DNA of 49,225 nucleotides, filler included, from Catajapyx aquilonaris (Eukaryota): NCBI GenBank assembly GCA_000934665.2. It is 3 parts of 3 records of this genome, joined end to end, with 100 filler letters (N's around TTAATTAATTAA, not from the genome) between each part and the next. Parts side by side here need not be neighbours in the genome. Positions count along the whole stretch, not along the records: positions 32,887 to 49,225 come from JYFJ02007230.1; 2 more parts are not named here. One strand, 5' to 3'. Shown piece by piece: positions 48,761 to 49,225 of this stretch (position 1 is its first letter; each line of letters starts with the position of its first letter). The notes under the pieces were generated by a model. It saw only the letters and a program-made list of their open reading frames with translations, ran no database searches and was not told where the DNA came from. The position numbers and the translations under genes were made by a program.

Positions 48761-49225
48761 TTGCGTCTAGCAAGCGGTTCGCAACCTTTGCCACATCGGG
48801 CCCCCCTGGAAAATAACTTCAGATATCCCCCCCCCCCCGCCCGCCCCCTTTTTTTCTCNCCCGCCCCCTTTTTTTCTCACCGCAAGAAAAAAAAAAGTGT
48901 TCAAGGTCACACGTGCTTAAATGAATGTAATATAACTGACAAAGTACCGTGTGATCCTCATCGGATATATTATTAAGCAAGTAGAAAGGTTGGTCCCTTC
49001 ATATTTCCAGCAGTGCCAATGTACAAGTGCAGTTGAATCCGTATATAACAGACTTGTCTGCTATTTTCAGACTGCACAAACCCTTATTCAGAACTGCACT
49101 TTTGGCTTTTAGAACTTGCACTGATTAGGTAAGAACTATACTTCTCAGGGCTTACTGTAGCGTGCAGTTCTACACAATTTGTGCGACTTTTTGCGCCTGT
49201 TTCGAGTCACAATCATAATTGTTGG

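Overview
Eukaryotic, most likely arthropod, repeat-rich DNA. The taxon is inferred from a Dumpy-type exon, a tektin, mariner/Tc1/Harbinger elements, tRNA-SINEs and mostly ~60-nt introns. The window is not one locus: three contigs of near-identical length (1-16344, 16445-32786, 32887-49225) are joined by artificial N44-TTAATTAATTAA-N44 linkers. Contig A is a rearranged rDNA edge. It holds a nested mariner cluster duplicated in inverted orientation (one copy carries a solo LTR), then rDNA-spacer-like repeats interrupted by a 5,982-bp non-autonomous Polinton/Maverick-like element (AGTAGT ends, 499-bp TIRs, 6-bp TSD), a GC-rich ETS-like stretch, and a 5' fragment of a divergent 18S rRNA gene fused back to spacer repeats. 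Contig B is mostly non-coding, with palindromic MITEs and microsatellites. Contig C has LINE/SINE/Tc1/MITE debris plus genes that the ORF track fragments: a 3-exon secreted protein with a defensin/toxin-like cysteine frame and a polybasic tail, a head-to-head signal-peptide ORF, an apparently intact 8-exon divergent tektin, a Myb/SANT relic and a frameshifted NACHT (NLR-like) gene. All exon models and family calls were made by hand from motifs; no database search was run.
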